A stretch of 63,579 nt of DNA, counting the filler, from Octopus bimaculoides (lineage: Eukaryota): NCBI RefSeq assembly GCF_001194135.2. It is 5 parts of 5 records of this genome, joined end to end, with 100 filler letters (N's around TTAATTAATTAA, not from the genome) between each part and the next. Parts side by side here need not be neighbours in the genome. Positions count along the whole stretch, not along the records: positions 27,667 to 40,516 come from NC_069001.1; positions 40,617 to 59,211 come from NC_068997.1; 3 more parts are not named here. One strand, given 5' to 3'. The first letter of the stretch is position 1. Every line of letters starts with the position of its first letter. Both the position numbers and the translations under genes were made by a program. Shown here in pieces: positions 35,127-49,016 of the stretch. The notes beneath the pieces are model-generated. The model saw only the letters and a program-made list of their open reading frames with translations, searched no databases and was not told where the DNA came from.

Positions 35127-36461
35127 TTCTCCACGATCTGTTTTGAAGATTGAAATGATTGCTTATGCGTATACAATATGCCTCTCAGTTTTTCTCTTCC
35201 CCTAACACGTTCCAATCTTTCACATAGCAATAACACACATGTAATATTTTCAAAGCATCCTCGCATATTAGACAGGTGGAGATTTTTAGAGATCTTATTT
35301 TCTTTTTTTAATGGAAAATGTACATCTTACAAGCCATAAAACACAACCTCCAAGCTGTATCTGACAAATTCCGAAATTGGAGAAAGTTGATTTTGAGTGC
35401 ATTAATTTCACACTACGGGTAGGATACGACACAGGAATAAGTTCTACGCTAATGACCATAGCAACGAATATAAGAAAAATTTTACACTGTTCTCTAAATT
35501 TTTTTTTTGTTTTGTTTTTTTTTTCACAAATCGAACTGTACCAAGATTTTAATATAACGAACGTAAAGATAAGATTTTTGGCAAAGACTTGTAAGTACAA
35601 ATACCTCCCGGGACAATTTGGATACGATTTTTTTTCCTTTTTTGTTTTTTTTTCTGTTTCCAGTTGTTACTAAGATTTTGGTGCAGCGTTTCTCCTACAT
35701 CAAAAAAGGGTGTCTTAATAAAAGATTTAATTGCGAAGCACTGGATCTGCCTCCAGGATAAATTTAACAGTATGTAATGGTAATAATGATAATGGTGATG
35801 ATGTTGATGATAATGACGACAAAGATGATGATGATAAGGAGGAGTAGGGGGATGATAACAAGAACAACAAAAGTAATAGAAATAATATAACACTAAATCA
35901 ATAACAAAAATAACAACAACGATTAGTATTCTTCTTCTTATTATTATTATTACAACCAATAGCATTTCATTTTTCATATATATTGAAGTTATTTCACAAA
36001 ACGTGAAATATATTGAGAAATGTATTCGAAATAAGTTTATACTGCTTGAATTACAGAACACTCGAATGTGTGTGTGTGTGTGTGTGTGACTATATGTATG
36101 TTTTCCTGCATATCCATAACTATATATACGTTTTTATATGTGTGTATATGTAGAATGTAGGTAACTCACACACACATAATTTCATTAAGGCAGAAAAACA
36201 TTTTTAAGTCCGAGCAGATAATAGTTTGTATCTATGTACATCTATGGATGTGCATAGATACAAATGTATATTCCTACACACCCACAAACATGCACACGTA
36301 TATACGTATATAGGCGCAGATCTGGCTGTGTGGTACCAAGTCAGCCTCCCAGTGACATGATGCCCGAGTTCAAGCCGGTTGCGTGTATTCAACTATAGCT
36401 TCGAGTCGATCAAACCCTTGATTTGGGAGACGGAACCAAATTGTGAATGTGTTTGTGTGTC

Positions 36462-36475
36462 TTTCTTTCTCTCTT

Positions 36476-36570
<95 letters not shown>
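36462..36570. repeat. (CT)n microsatellite; many further (TA)n, (CA)n, (GA)n, (AAT)n and (GAT)n tracts occur throughout
   Basis: Directly visible. Confidence 0.95.
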
Positions 36571-36574
<4 letters not shown>

Positions 36575-37670
36575 GAAGGTGTGTTATCTGTGTGCCTGTG
36601 TTTGTCGCCCATCGCCACTTGATCGTTTGTTTTCGTTCTAGTAGCTTAGCGGCTCGGCAATAGATTCCGAGAGAATATGTATTAGATATTTAAAAATACG
36701 TACTGCGATCTATTTGTTCGAATTACAATTTCTTACGGTGGTTTCCCAGCCTAGACGCAGTCTTATCATTGAACAATTAAAAATATGAAACGATAATGAT
36801 TACGTACATGTCCACCGTTGCTCCTAACATCCCTGCCTGGTACCACAAGCATAAAATCCACATACACACTCGCTCACACAAACACGCGCATGAAAATAAA
36901 ACAGCATACAAATATACGCACAAAACAGACTGTAAACATGCACTCTATAACTTCATAGCCTCATACAAGCGCAAAAACAGAAAACGGAGACGCACACCCA
37001 CAAATTCAGAGTCCTGCGCACATACATACACGCAGAAACACACACAGAATGCATGCACGTAATAGATTCAGGCATGCATATGCGCCTTACAGGCATTTGC
37101 AAGATAACCTCATCCACACACAAAAACAGAAAGCATGGAGAAACACACAGACACACGAGCACAAGACCATAGTCTTATACACGCGCACAAACACATCGAT
37201 TGTACATGCACGCATTAGCATCATACATCTAAGCACACAAGCTGACACACAACGCATATGGAAAGTCTATTGCTTGTCCCTCTTCTCACGAAAGCTTCAA
37301 TCCGAAACGTAAAAGAATTTCGTTTAATTTTGCTGAGCGTAAACCCAAAATATTTTGTCTTTCTTTTACACCGTCGTGGTGTTATTTATAAATTTTGAAC
37401 CGACCTATGTAATTGTGTACGTGTGCGTGTCTGTGCATGCATGTGTGAGCATGCTTGTGTATGTGTGTGTACGCGTGTGTGTATATGTATATACATATAT
37501 ATATGTGTGTGTGTATGTAGGTGAATACAATATACGTAGGTACCCATATACACGTATCAATAAATAAATATAAATATATATTCATACATAAACACATAGT
37601 TATATATCTATACGTATGTGCGTGTATATGTGTGTATGCATATGTATATATATATATATANNNNNNNNNN

Positions 37671-37710
<40 letters not shown>

Positions 37711-39116
37711 ACACGTACACATACGCACACACGGGGAACTATATTCATTAAAGTTTTAGATAAATTTTATCCGTAGAAATGGTAAATTACCAATCAATAT
37801 AAAAATGATCAAAAGCCAGAAGATATATATCAGAAGAAAAATATAGATATTGAAATACAGGAATTTATATGGAAATATTCAGTTATAATGATTAAAGTTA
37901 TCTCGGAAAATTTAAATTATTGCTTAAAATAGATGGTGAGAAACTAGACAAATAATATAGAACGTAATTTATGAGATAAGAAGAGTTAAGTGTTTATCTC
38001 TTTAATCTGCTGGAGTATGATCTATTAGGTTTTAAGTAGTGTATGTCTCAGTGGTGGCATTTCGTAAAAATTTCGGAACTTGCAGTTAATTACAGCGTTT
38101 TAAGTAAATGGATATTTTCTGCAATACATAAATCTCATCTTTATTAACCTTTGTTTAGTAGCATTGTTCCATGATCTCCTACTTCCATATTGAATCCAGT
38201 AGCATGTTATTTACAATATCAGCAGCAAAATTACGTCATGCTGTGGTGTATATAATTCCTAAATGTCTGACACCATAAGTATTATGGCAGTAATCCTGCA
38301 TAAATCTAGCTTTCACCAGACGTAGTGTTTATGCAATATGTTAATTTCTTACGTTATATATCGAAGTTTTACAGTACATGAACCACTAAAGAGGCATGTG
38401 TTTGTCCTTTCGAATATACTGTTAACTTGAGTTGCTTAAGTTGTATGTGCTACCATTTTCATTAGAGAATATGTTTGTTTATATTTATCTTTTGTGTTAT
38501 TTCACAGGTTTTACGGTGTACATTAATATAATGCCTTGCACAACGATGCTACACAGTGTATCTTCATTATAATACTAAAGTGTTGTTATAGCATACAAAA
38601 TCAGTGTATTAGAAAGTAGTATGAAACATTTTGATATGGCAATATTTCACATACAAACATTTCAAAGAGGAACCACCACTTGCGCTGCTATTCCTACAAG
38701 GATAGCCCCATTCTGAACGTGAAATGTGAATGCACATAACAGACTGACTCCACACACAGGAAACATATGCTTCATGCCGAACAAACTCGGTACACAGTCA
38801 TACAGACATCATATACACCCATGGTAAAATATAAGATAATGCAATCAAATTTACCATAGACAGTTTGTAGAAAAGGTAAATCCAAGGGAGATCACCCGTC
38901 AAAATACGTAGCGCCGCTTGATTTATCGTTTTCTTCACGAGAATCTCCGCGAAATCATCGAGATTTAGAGCTTATCCAAAATGGAGACTAACACCGTTCC
39001 TTCATGTGATCGGCTTCCTTGATTTCGCCCTCGTGTACAAGTAAAACTCTGCCTTTCACTCATTTGGCTGCTATTTCTAGCATAATGGTGCCACAAGTAG
39101 TACCCTTCATTACGTG

Positions 39117-39241
<125 letters not shown>

Positions 39242-40316
39242 TGATATTTATATAAGCATGCCTCAACACAATGTATGTTTCCAAAGACACACTTATTCAA
39301 GCAACTCTGAGACAAAACCTACCTAACTGAACAAAAAATTAAAACAATTACTTATCCTTGTTAAGCACCATATAAACACGTTTGGTTTCTGTGTGTGTGT
39401 GTGTCTATGTGTGTGTCTGCGTGCGTGTACAATATTGAACACAATATACTCGTTGTGCCTGTTCGCGAGCAGGCTGCGATTTATAAGGCATATGAGAATA
39501 TCTATTCGTCAATTAGTCTGGTGTTAAAACAACTGCAAGTTATAGGCAAGCGAGATAAATTGCGGCAGAAACCGTTGATGGAAGGGCAGACATTGCCAAG
39601 TCACAAAGGTGACGAAATATTAAGTTCATATTTGAATTCTGTCCGTTGTATGGAAAACTGGGACATACCAGCACATGGTTCTCACATCATTTTTCATATA
39701 TTATAGATTGCGATCTAGCATGTGTCTGGCCTTACTTCGAGTAAGTGATATTGACAAGTTACGAAGATGACACGACATTAACGTCGCCCGGTACTTCAAT
39801 GGGATGTAACGCGAGTTATCGCGCTTTTCTATAACTTCCAGGTGTGTTTCAACACAATGCAAGTTATCGAAAATATTTTCTCTTTCGCCAATAATTCGCA
39901 GCCTCGCCACAAAGTGGCAAAATACATACATTATGTATGTGTGTTCCATATTGTTTGCATCGCTAGGGATGCTTTGCATTCATATTTGAATATATACATA
40001 TAAACTGGGCATGTGTCTTCTAGTATAACCCCGAGACGACCAAAGCCTTGTGAGTCGTGTATATATGTTTGTATGTATGTATGTATGTATGTATAATTAC
40101 TATGAAACATTGTATAGTATATATTCTATAAGAGATCGTGGGCAATGCCAAAACGATGCGAAGTGGATGCAAGGTGAATCACAAGAAAACAAATATGTGA
40201 ATTAATGTAGACTTACCTTGTATTCAATATTTCGGGGTTATGACCCCATTTCCAAGAAAATGACGTATGTTGCCGGCAACATTCATTCTTTTATACAATA
40301 TATGTGTATATATATG

Positions 40317-40352
<36 letters not shown>

Positions 40353-40516
40353 ATTCATCGCATTTTGACTTTACTGAAACTATTCCATCACCTTAGGAAT
40401 CTTCTGAAAATATTCCATAAAAATAATGATTTGTGATTGATTAGTTGTTGATGGTGTGCATATAAATGCATACTTGCATTCATACGCATATATATAAGTA
40501 TATATGTATATATATA

Positions 40517-40616
40517 NNNNNNNNNNNNNNNNNNNNNNNNNNNNNNNNNNNNNNNNNNNNTTAATTAATTAANNNNNNNNNNNNNNNNNNNNNNNNNNNN
40601 NNNNNNNNNNNNNNNN
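40517..40616. other. Artificial scaffold linker N44-TTAATTAATTAA-N44
   Basis: Identical 100-bp structure. Confidence 0.95.
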
Positions 40617-40653
40617 TTTATCGATCTTATAGCGCATAAAGATGGTGTAGTGT

Positions 40654-43600
40654 ATGCAGGTTGTAGGCATTGTTTTGTTTATGAATTCTGCCAAATGCAA
40701 GCTTTCTTTTCCGGTACAGGACACTGCTTTCCCTCATCCCAGGGTCTCACAGGCCCACACCTCCCACACTGTCAGAATTAGCACTATCAACGTCGGCACA
40801 CTGAAAGGTAGGTCTGGTGAGATGCTTGAACGGAGACGCGTGGATTTATGCTGCATCCAAGAAGTAAAGTGGAGAGGAGGTTCCGCTAGGTTCCTCACAG
40901 GCAAAGAGCACAAGGACAAGATTTTCTGGGCAGTGAACACTGATGGGGTCGGAGGCGTGGGAATACTTCTAGCAGAGAAATGGGTTAAGGTAATCAAGGT
41001 AGTCAAAGTATGTGACAGAGTACTTAAGATTAGATTAGTGCTTCACCATAGGTTAGCTACTGTCATCTCGGTCTATGCCCCTCAACCGGGACTACCGGAT
41101 GGGCAGAAAGACCAATTCTATGACACCCTGTTGCAAACTACATCATTGACGAATGACAGGGACCTTCTCTTTGTGGCTGGTGATTTCAATGGTCATGTTG
41201 GACATCATGCAGGGGGCTTCTATGGCGTACATGGAGGCTATGGCAATGTAGAAGGAACCAGACTGCTGGAGTTCTGTGATGCAAACGATCTTATGGTTTG
41301 CAATACCAACTTCAGGAAACCTGCCTGTCACCTAGTCACCTACTGTTCCGGCAGACAGACTAGCCAAATCAACTACATCTTGGCCAGAAATAGGGAAAGA
41401 GGATGGCTTATAAATGCCAAAACCTTCCCAGGCGAAGAATGCACCCCTCAACACAGATTAGTAGTTAGCGACTTCGGGATCAAGGCTAAATGGATGCCCA
41501 GAAGTAGACCAGCCTGGAGGAGAAGGCTTTGGAAGCTTAAAGATCCTGCAAATGGACAGAGATTTAGAAATGTCTTATTCAAAGCATTTGACTAAATAGA
41601 AGGGGATATAGCATCACACAATGTGGAAGACAATTGGAAGTTTCTACAGAACAGCCTGCTGAGAGCCACCGACCAGATCTGTGGATAGTGCAAAGTCCCT
41701 TCTCGACCCAAAGTAACATGGTGGTGGAACAATGTGGTTGACAGAGCTATTAGACAAAAGAAACAGGCTTGGAAGGACTGGAAGAACGGAGGTAGCAGGG
41801 AATTGTATCAGACTGCCAGAAGGAAAGCTAGGAGACAGGTTTACTTAGCCAGAGGGGAAGCAGATAAGAAAAACTTTGCCAATGTTCTGCGCCATGAGGA
41901 CCAAAGACTTGAAGTATTTCATATTGCGAGACAGTGTGTGAGAGAGAATCGTGATGTCGTAGGAGAGAAATGTGTCTGCTTGGATGATGGCTCACTTGCA
42001 CTAAACCAGGTTGCAAAGAAAGAGGTTTGGAGATGCCACTATGAAAGGCTGCTTAATAAAGAGAATGAATGAGAGGAAGAGAGTCTGCCACATGTCGACC
42101 CAACAGAGAGACCAGCTATCCGAGTTGACAGTACCTTGGTAGATAAAGTAATTATGAGAATGAAGATAGGGAAAGCCCCCGGCCCATCAGGAATCACTGC
42201 AGAGATGCTCAAAATATCTGGCAGTGTTGGCTATAGCCAAGTCACACGTATAGTTAACCAGGTGATACATGAAGGAGTCATACCCAATGACTGGTGTAGC
42301 AGCACCATAGTAAACTGCTACAAAGGTAAAGGTGACGCTTTAGATAAAAACAATTACAGAGGTATCAAGTTGTTGGACCAGGTAATGAAAGTCACCGAGA
42401 GGGTCATAGCCCAACAAATTCGGGAGAGAGTCAGTTTAGATGAGATGCAGTTTAGGTTCATTCCAGAAAAAAACACCACTGATGCTGTATTTCTGGTAAG
42501 ACTGCTGCAGGAGAAATACCTAGCCAAAGATAAAACCTCTGTACCTGGCTTTTGTTGACATGGAGAACGCCTTTGACATGGTCCCCTGTGCCTTTATCTG
42601 GTGGTCAATGAGGAATCTAGCGATAGATGAGTGGTTAGTGAGAGCTGTGCAAGCCATGTGCAGGGATGCTGTCAGTAAGGCGAGGGTTGGCAACGAGTAC
42701 AGTGAAAAATTCCAGGTAGAGGTAGGGGTCCACCAAGGTTCAGTCTTCAGCCCCCTCCTATTTATCATGGTCCTCCAGGCAATAACACAGGAATTCAAGA
42801 TGGAATGCCCCTGGGAGCTCCTCTATGCTGATGACCTTGCGCTAATTGCTAAGTCACTATCAGAACTAGAGGAGAAGTTTTAGGTGTGGTAGCAAGGACT
42901 AGAATTGAAGAGCCTTAGAGTCAACCTAGCTAAAACCAAAGTCCTAATAAATAGGAAGGGAGACAAAACACAAACCCTTTCAGGTAGATGGCCCTGCTTG
43001 ATCTGTAGAAACGGCGTAGGTAGAAACTCCATAAGATGTACCCATTGTAAGCTATAGACACATAAGGGGTGCAGCAATATCAAAGGAAGGCTAACTAGCA
43101 AGATAGTTTTTGTATGTGGCAGATGCTCAGGAGCAATAAACACTGAAAATGTGCAGAAAACAACTTTTGCCACAATCCAGGGAGATAAACTAGAATTAGT
43201 TGATAGCTTCCGTTACCTAGGTGACCAAGTTTGTAGCGGGGGAGGGTGCACTGAATGTGTAGCTGCGAGAATAAGAATAGCCTGGGCAAAGTTTTGGGAG
43301 CTCTTACATCTGCTGGTGACAAAGGGCCTCTTGCTCAGAGTAAAAGGCAGACTGTATGACGCATGTGTATGAACAGCCATGCTACATGGCATTGAAACAT
43401 GGGCCATGACTGTTGAGGACACGCGTAAGCTCGCAAGAAACGAAGCCAGTGTAAGTACCTTGAGAGAAAAGTTAGACCTAAGAAGCATCAGCTGTGGTGT
43501 GCAAGAGAGACAATTGCGCTGGTATGGACATGTGGCAAGAATGGATGAGGATAGCTGTGTGAAAAAATGCCACACCCTAGCAGTTGAGGGAACCTGTGGA

Positions 43601-44425
43601 AGAGATAGACCCAGGAAGACCTGGGATGAGGTGCTGAAGCACAACCTTCGAACTTTAGGCCTCACCGAGGCAATGACCAGAGACCAGGACTTTTGGAAAT
43701 ATGCAGTACGTGAGAAGACCTGGCAAGGCAAGTGAGAGCATAATCTGTGACCTCTGCCAGAAGTGTAGCCAGCTCACTTATTCGTATCTTTACTTCATCG
43801 GACACTAAAAACTCTGCTTGCAAAGACCTGTTGAGGCAAGTGAATTTGGAATTTGAAATCTGAAGTCGAAATCGAACCAAATCCGACGACTGGCACCTAT
43901 GCCAAGCTCTCCTTCATTAGACACTAATCTCTGCTTGTGAAGACCTGTTGGGGCAAGTGAAATTGAAATCGTAATTGAACCATACTTGATGACTGGCACC
44001 TGCGCCAATGGAGCGCTAAGAGCACCATCCGAGCGTGATCATTGCCAGAGCAGCTGTCTGACTTCCGTGCCAGTGGTATGTAAATAGCACCATTTGAGCA
44101 TGACCATTACCAGTGTCGCCTTACTGGCACTTGTGCCAGTGGCACGTGAAAAAACATTCGAGTGAGGTCATTGCCAGTGCCGCTGGACTGGCTCCTGTGC
44201 AGGTGACACATAAAAAACACCATTTTGAGCGTGGCTGTTGCCAGTACCGCCTGACTGGCCCTCATGCTGGTGGCATGTAAAAGCACCCACTACACTCTCA
44301 GAGTGGTTAGCGTTAGGAAGGGCATCCAGCTGTAGAAACTCTGCCAGATCAGATTGGAGCCTGGTGCAGCCATCTGGCTTGCCAGTCCTCAGTCAAATCG
44401 TCCAACCCATGCTAGCATGGAAAGC
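40654..44425 (+). mobile_element. Near full-length, inactivated RTE-clade LINE (AP endonuclease + RT + PHD-like finger + repetitive 3'UTR)
   Basis: One ORF broken by several nonsense codons and a frameshift near 42535. Endonuclease motifs: INVGTL, CIQE, VYAPQ, GDFNGH, HRLV. RT motifs: KAPGP, NYRGIKLL, GVHQGS..SPLLF, YADD. The ORF ends at 43735. The 3'UTR ends in (GAT)n, seen in the duplicate at 44915-44929. Confidence 0.95.
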
Positions 44426-45361
44426 NNNNNNNNNNAAATTGAAATCGTAATTGAACCATACTTGATGACTGGCACCTGCGCCAATGGAGCGCTAAGAGCA
44501 CCATCCGAGCGTGATCATTGCCAGAGCAGCTGTCTGACTTCCGTGCCAGTGGTATGTAAATAGCACCATTTGAGCATGACCATTACCAGTGTCGCCTTAC
44601 TGGCACTTGTGCCAGTGGCACGTGAAAAAACATTCGAGTGAGGTCATTGCCAGTGCCGCTGGACTGGCTCCTGTGCAGGTGACACATAAAAAACACCATT
44701 TTGAGCGTGGCTGTTGCCAGTACCGCCTGACTGGCCCTCATGCTGGTGGCATGTAAAAGCACCCACTACACTCTCAGAGTGGTTAGCGTTAGGAAGGGCA
44801 TCCAGCTGTAGAAACTCTGCCAGATCAGATTGGAGCCTGGTGCAGCCATCTGGCTTGCCAGTCCTCAGTCAAATCGTCCAACCCATGCTAGCATGGAAAG
44901 CGGACGTTAAACAATGATGATGATGATGAGATTACCATGTTGCACACATTTAGTTAAAATGCATATGCCTGGTGTGCCCTTATCAAACAGGCAGTCATGA
45001 TGTGTATATTGGGCTTTGTATATGTATACCCCAATATCACTTTGGTGGCATTTATTGCTCTCTCACTCAATAATAATGACGACAGCAATGGCGGCGGCAG
45101 TGGGCAACACAGAGAGCATAATGCAATTGCAATAGATGTTTTATTACTTGAACAATATTTCAGCAGTTAGCTTTGCCGAGTTCAAAAGGAAAAGGGACAC
45201 ATAGAAATTCAAATTCAAAATCTGAACGAGGCAACCAGTGTTCCCATGTTGATGGGATGACATCATCAGTCTTCACTTTTCAAGTTTACAACTGGCAAAA
45301 AGAAAATGAAAGCGAAAAAAAGAAAAAGAAAAAAATTCTCCCTTCAGCGCATTATGTTAAT

Positions 45362-45776
45362 GCAGGAGTGGCTGTGTGGTAAGTAGCTTGCTTACCAACC
45401 ACATGGTTCCAGGTTCAGTCCCACTGTGTGGCACCTTGGTCAAGTGTCTTCTACTATAGCCTTGGGCCGACCAAAGCCTTGTGAGTGGATTTAGTAGATG
45501 GAAATTGAAAGAAGCCCGTCGTATATATGTATATATATATATGTATGTGTGTGTGTGTGTATGTATTTGTGTGTTTGTGTTTGTTCCCCCAACATCGCTT
45601 GACAACCGATGCTGGTGTGTTTATGTCCCCGCAACTTAGCGGTTCGGCAAAAGAGACCGATAGAATAAGTACTAGGCTTACAATGAATAAGTCCTGGGAT
45701 CGATTTGCTCGACTAAAAGTGGTGCTCCAGCATGGCCACAGTCAAATGACTGAAACAAGTAAAAGAGTAAAGAGAG
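45362..45776 (+). mobile_element. SINE family 1 copy
   Basis: Aligns to 16726-17141. Confidence 0.85.
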
Positions 45777-45779
45777 AGT

Positions 45780-46790
45780 ATCTCACAAACATATTTCTCC
45801 TCATGCATTTTGAAGACTGAAAGTGTAGCAGTTTCAGAATATTTTCTGAAAATATGCACTTTCAAGTCTTTTTCAAAATTGCAGCCATTTAATGTAAAAT
45901 GTTTGGCAAGTTCTGTCAAACTACTGTTATTGTGCCTGATGTCATATCTGTGCCCATTGAATCTTTTGTTTAATTGTTCTGTTGTACAATCAGCATGAAT
46001 CAAGTTGTATTTCATGCATTTTGCTGCATACACCAAATGGGAATCTCTATGCATCCCACCTTCCATGTAAATCATAATATTTCTGTTATGATTCCTGATG
46101 GAATCGACTTGACTCGACAATGAACAGGGCTTACTGCTCTTGTGGCTATTTTTCAAGGTACAGCATGCAGAAACTCCAATGTTAGTCTTGTTGGAGTCAG
46201 AAGTAGAGGTTAATAGTTCTCTTATATTTTTATTCCATCTAAAGCCTACAATAGGTGGCTGAGAAAATATATGTTTGAAACAAGGATATTTTTGCATAAC
46301 ATGCTGGTAACTTTCATGTAACACTTTTGAAATTCCAGCAAAATTTTGGTGCCCATTCATCACTAAAGGAATTCTATAACTTTCCTTGCTAATCTTAGCT
46401 ATGTCATTTGCAATTTCCTTTAATCGTGATTCACTGTAACCATGTTTGACATGATGGTGTACAAAAGCATTTGCATGTTTCCGGTATATATCCCCTATCA
46501 GTTTTATCCTCAAAAATTGGGATTTCGTATTTGACCAAATTATATGATGTAGATGATCGGAGTGGTGGTGGAGGAAAATATGGGATGACATGGCTTGCAA
46601 AACAACTCTATCACTATTCTGCCTCCAGAAAACTTGACTTTTGTGTCCAAAAACTCAATGCTAGTTTTTGAAAAAATAGACATAAATTTTATGTTAGACT
46701 TATAGCCATAGTTTTTAGCATAACAGTCACAGAAATGCAAGAAGTCAATTAAACTATCCTGTGATCCTTCCCAGAGAGAAAAGACATCAT
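45780..46790 (-). mobile_element. Penelope-like element (RT C-terminus + linker + GIY-YIG), degraded
   Basis: Minus-strand frames give DDVFSLW, IEFLDTKV, SQFLRIK, FSQPPIVGFR..KNIRELL and VYAAKC...CTTEQLNKRFNGHR...LAKHF. Confidence 0.85.
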
Positions 46791-47120
46791 TTGGTTACAG
46801 TGCATTGATGATGTCTTTTTTGTCTGGATCAAGGCAAACTTACATGCATAATTTTAGCAAAGTACAATATGTGACAGAATTCCTTTAGTGATTAACTGAC
46901 ACCGAAATTTTGCTGGCATTTCAAAAGTGTTACATGAAAGTTACCAGCATGTTGTGGAAAAATATCCTCGTTTCAAACATATATTTCCTCAGCCACCTAT
47001 TGTAGCCTTTAGATGAAATAAAAATATAAGAGAACTATTAACCTCTACTTCTGATTCCAACAAAACTAACATTGGGGTTTCTGCATGCTATACATTGAAA
47101 AACAGCCACAAACAGCCATA
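46790..47120 (+). mobile_element. Inverted, internally deleted fragment of the same Penelope-like element
   Basis: The plus strand reads WLQCIDDVFFVW, then RIPLV...FAGISKVLHESYQHV...PPIVAFR, which is the reverse complement of ~46135-46385. Confidence 0.85.
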
Positions 47121-47399
47121 AAACGTCTATTGCAATCTCATTGCACTCTTCATATTGTCTATTTACTTTGTGAGGAGTTACATCAATCATTTTAAAATAA
47201 TAATAATAATAATAATATTCATCATCATCATCAAAATTTAACGTCCATTTTCCATGCTGGCATGGATTGAATGGCTTGAGAGAAACTGGCAAGCCAGAGG
47301 ACTGCACGTTGCTCCAATCTATTTTAGCATGATTTTTACAGCAGGTCCTCAGCATGGAATTTGTGCTAAGGACCTGCATTTTGGCAGTGATCATAACAC

Positions 47400-48730
47400 A
47401 CAGAAGCTTCATGAGCTTATTAGTGTAGTCTGGAGGGATGACATTGTCCCCAGGGACTGAAAGGATGCAATTATCCTTCCTCTTTATAAAGGAAAGGGAG
47501 TCAGTTTGGCAACCTTAGAGATATTGCTCCACTGTCAGCTGCTGTCAAAGTTCTGGCAAATATTCTTACCCACCTAAATAAATACCTTGTAAGTGATGTT
47601 CTATCTTAATCTCAATGTGGCTTTTTTTCTGGTAGAGGAACAGTGGATATGATTTTTATAGCAAGACAGATGCAGAAGAAATGCTATGCGTATGTATATG
47701 GAATTTGTCCAGGTTTCTATTGATTTAACCAAAGCTTTCAATACTATGAATAGGGACTCCCTGTAGAAAATATTCAGCAAACTTGTTTGTCCAAGTTACT
47801 TTTTATTAATAATCAAATCCTCTCATCTTGGGATGGAGGCATAGATCAGTGTTGATGGTAGGATGCATTCCTGTAGAGAATGGTGTTGAGTAAGGTGACA
47901 TTCTTGCCCCAACTCTCTTTTCCTTGTAATTTACCATTCTCTCATTCATGCTTTTGCTGTGAGATATATGTGAGGTACTGATCTTCTGGTTGCCTCTTCA
48001 GCTTGCATCAATTTGCTGCCAATTTGAAAATTTATTCAGTCTCTTATGCAGTTGATTGTGACTTAGCTGAAGACAATCAAATTCTCATAGATTATATTTC
48101 TGTATCTTGCATGGCATTTGGGCTCAGCATTAACCTGGACAAGACTTCTGTAATGTTCCAACCTGTTCCTGGAAACCCATTGATTTTTGTTGAAGACAGT
48201 ATTGAAAGTGGTAGACAAGTTTGTGTACCTGGGCAGCACACTCAGCTGTTCTCGTTCCTTGGATGATGAAATATATCTAAGGCTTCAGAAGGCAACTGAT
48301 CCCTTCAGGACCATTGAGTCTTGTGTCTGGTTCCAACATAAGGCAAACATAGTAATGTTACTCTATTACTTGTGATGTCACTATTACTTGTGCTCATGTC
48401 ACTCTATTACTTGTGTGAGACATCATCAATTAACATCCACTTTTTAGGCCCTTGAATGCTTCAATCAAATAAGTCTGAAATATATTCTGAATGTTAGTTG
48501 ATCATTTTGGGCTCCAGACACATAAGTCTTGAAAGGAACTGACACTCTGAGCATTGAGGTAATGGTACACAAGCACCATTTATATTGGCCTGCACACCTT
48601 TTTTGGATGAATGATTGAAGGATTCCTTAAAAGATGCTATGTGGAAAATTTGTTTATAGAAAGTACCCTATTGGAAATCAAAGCTACAATTTAAGGATTG
48701 TATAAAATCCTTGTTGAAAGCATGTGAAAT
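47400..48730 (+). mobile_element. Old, heavily degraded LINE RT remnant of a different RTE-like family
   Basis: Fragmentary motifs across frameshifts and stops: KDAIILPLYKGKG, QCGF..GRGTVDMIF, IDLTKAFNT, KVVDKFVYLGSTLS. Confidence 0.75.
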
Positions 48731-48979
48731 ATGGGAGGTCAATTGTCAACATAGGTATTTTGAAAAACACATTTTTCATGCAGCATTTAAATGATCTGCT
48801 TGAAAGCACACTGCTGGTGTGGTTAATAGTAGAAGCTTGGTCTGCAGATGTATATGCTTATCAACAGCTGGGATCATTAGTCACCAGTAAAGCTATGAGT
48901 GTAAAGTATAGATTTGTGTGAGTGCACAATATTTTTAATGGCCAATGATGGTCTTCCTCAGTCACGAGTAGCAGCCATC

Positions 48980-49016
<37 letters not shown>

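Noticed and set aside
44436-44900. Tandem duplication of the LINE 3'UTR
   Set aside because: It appears identical to 43961-44425 and is separated by a 10-N gap, so it is most likely an assembly overlap artefact.
45150-45295. Strong minus-strand acceptor (pyrimidine tract + CCAG at ~45293) as an exon
   Set aside because: All three frames stop within 8 codons, the tract is just an A-rich run, and there is no recognisable peptide.
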